This document shows, piece by piece, positions 63,299 to 64,000 of a DNA stretch of 64,000 nt. The stretch comes from Catajapyx aquilonaris. Its lineage: Eukaryota. The notes beneath the pieces are model-generated. The model saw nothing but the letters and a program-made list of their open reading frames with translations, was not told the origin of the DNA and did not search any database. Made by a program: the position numbers and the translations under genes. Positions within the stretch are counted from its first letter, which is position 1, and every line of letters begins with the position of its first letter. Location: NCBI GenBank assembly GCA_000934665.2, contig JYFJ02001638.1, positions 1 to 64,000 on the forward strand. The letters are read 5' to 3'.

Positions 63299-63594
63299 GT
63301 TGACAGGGGCACGCCCAGGGGCAGGCCCGGGGCAGGATCAGCCAACAAAACCTGAAGAAAAATCACCTTAAAATTGAGGACGTGGAAGCCGCCATCTTGA
63401 AACCAGAGTTGCCATACAACAAATTCTCCGGTCAGGGTTGCCAACCTCTGAACCGCCAGTGTTGCCACCACGCTGCATCTGGCAACCTTGGCGGATGACT
63501 AGTTGGCGTGACGTCACACGCTGCTGCTGCTGCTTCCTCTTCTTCTTATGCTGGATAATTCGAACACAAGTTTTTTCCAGTGATTCCCTCCAGA

Positions 63595-64000
63595 ATGTCC
63601 AGTGGAAAGGTCCTGCTGCCCAAGAGGATCAAGTGGGCTGTGGACTTCGCTTCCAGGTCAGTATTGGAGGCTGCGCAGTACTAGTAACAAGGGCGGGGTT
63701 CCCTCTGAACCGCATGTTTGGTTCCGTTCAAGGAGCAGGGCCGATGGGAGCAGCCTTCGAGGGGCTCAGCCGCCGCCTGAGCTCCCGTCCCCGCCTGGGT
63801 ACAGCTCCTCGTTCAGCCAGGTCCAGGCCGAGGGCAGCAGGGAGACGGACCCCAACCTGATCATCAAGCGGTCCTGGGACCTGGCCCTGGGCCCCCTGAA
63901 GCAGGTCCCGATGAACCTCTTCCTGATGTACATGGCCGGGAACTCCATCTCCATCTTCCCCATAATGATGGTCGGGATGCTGTTCCTGAGGCCGGTCAAG
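63595..64000 (+). CDS. EMC4: ER membrane protein complex subunit 4 (5' part, runs off the window)
   Basis: [52 protein letters not shown]. Confidence 0.95.

Noticed and set aside
62206..63303. 365-aa plus-strand ORF antisense to COG4 (likewise 57940-58872 against EIF3H)
   Set aside because: Mirror-frame artefact of biased codon usage; H/L/V/Q-rich composition typical of antisense frames.
1..64000. CRISPR arrays, operons, prokaryotic defence systems or intact transposase/RT genes
   Set aside because: The sequence is intron-containing eukaryotic DNA; no repeat-spacer arrays or autonomous TE ORFs were seen.

Overview
Gene-dense eukaryotic genomic DNA, most likely from an arthropod (short 55-100 nt GT-AG introns, GC-rich exons, a tRNA-derived SINE, TA-targeting MITEs). 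Most ORF-track entries are exon fragments or shadow ORFs, so the gene models were assembled by hand from splice sites and reading-frame phase. Gene order: two tandem SAM-domain (SAMD15-like) paralogs amid MITEs, ALG11(-), a POC5-like gene(+), a C2H2 zinc-finger gene(-), UBE2W(-), BPNT2/IMPAD1(+), TCAIM(-), two CUB-trypsin proteases(+), RWDD2(-), NDUFA10(-), an F-box/LRR gene(+), CIAPIN1(+), MPV17L2(-), CASD1(-), an unknown two-TM gene(+), TOP2(-), UTP23(-), EIF3H(+), PITHD1(+), COG4(-), EMC4(+, truncated). The most notable observation is an orphan promoter about 2 kb upstream of TOP2. Its three small exons splice in frame onto TOP2 exon 2 and would add a mitochondrial-presequence-like N-terminus, giving a candidate mitochondrial topoisomerase II isoform. 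Other highlights: alternative N-terminal exons of UBE2W, a duplicate-like cassette exon in CASD1, a 12-nt TOP2 microexon, a MITE inserted exactly in a splice acceptor, the UTP23-EIF3H head-to-head pair also seen in human, PITHD1/COG4 stops 14 bp apart, a 72-bp loopless palindrome, and a recurrent TGGCAAC(A/C)CTG promoter motif. Gene identities come from recalled protein motifs, not database searches, and all isoforms are predictions.
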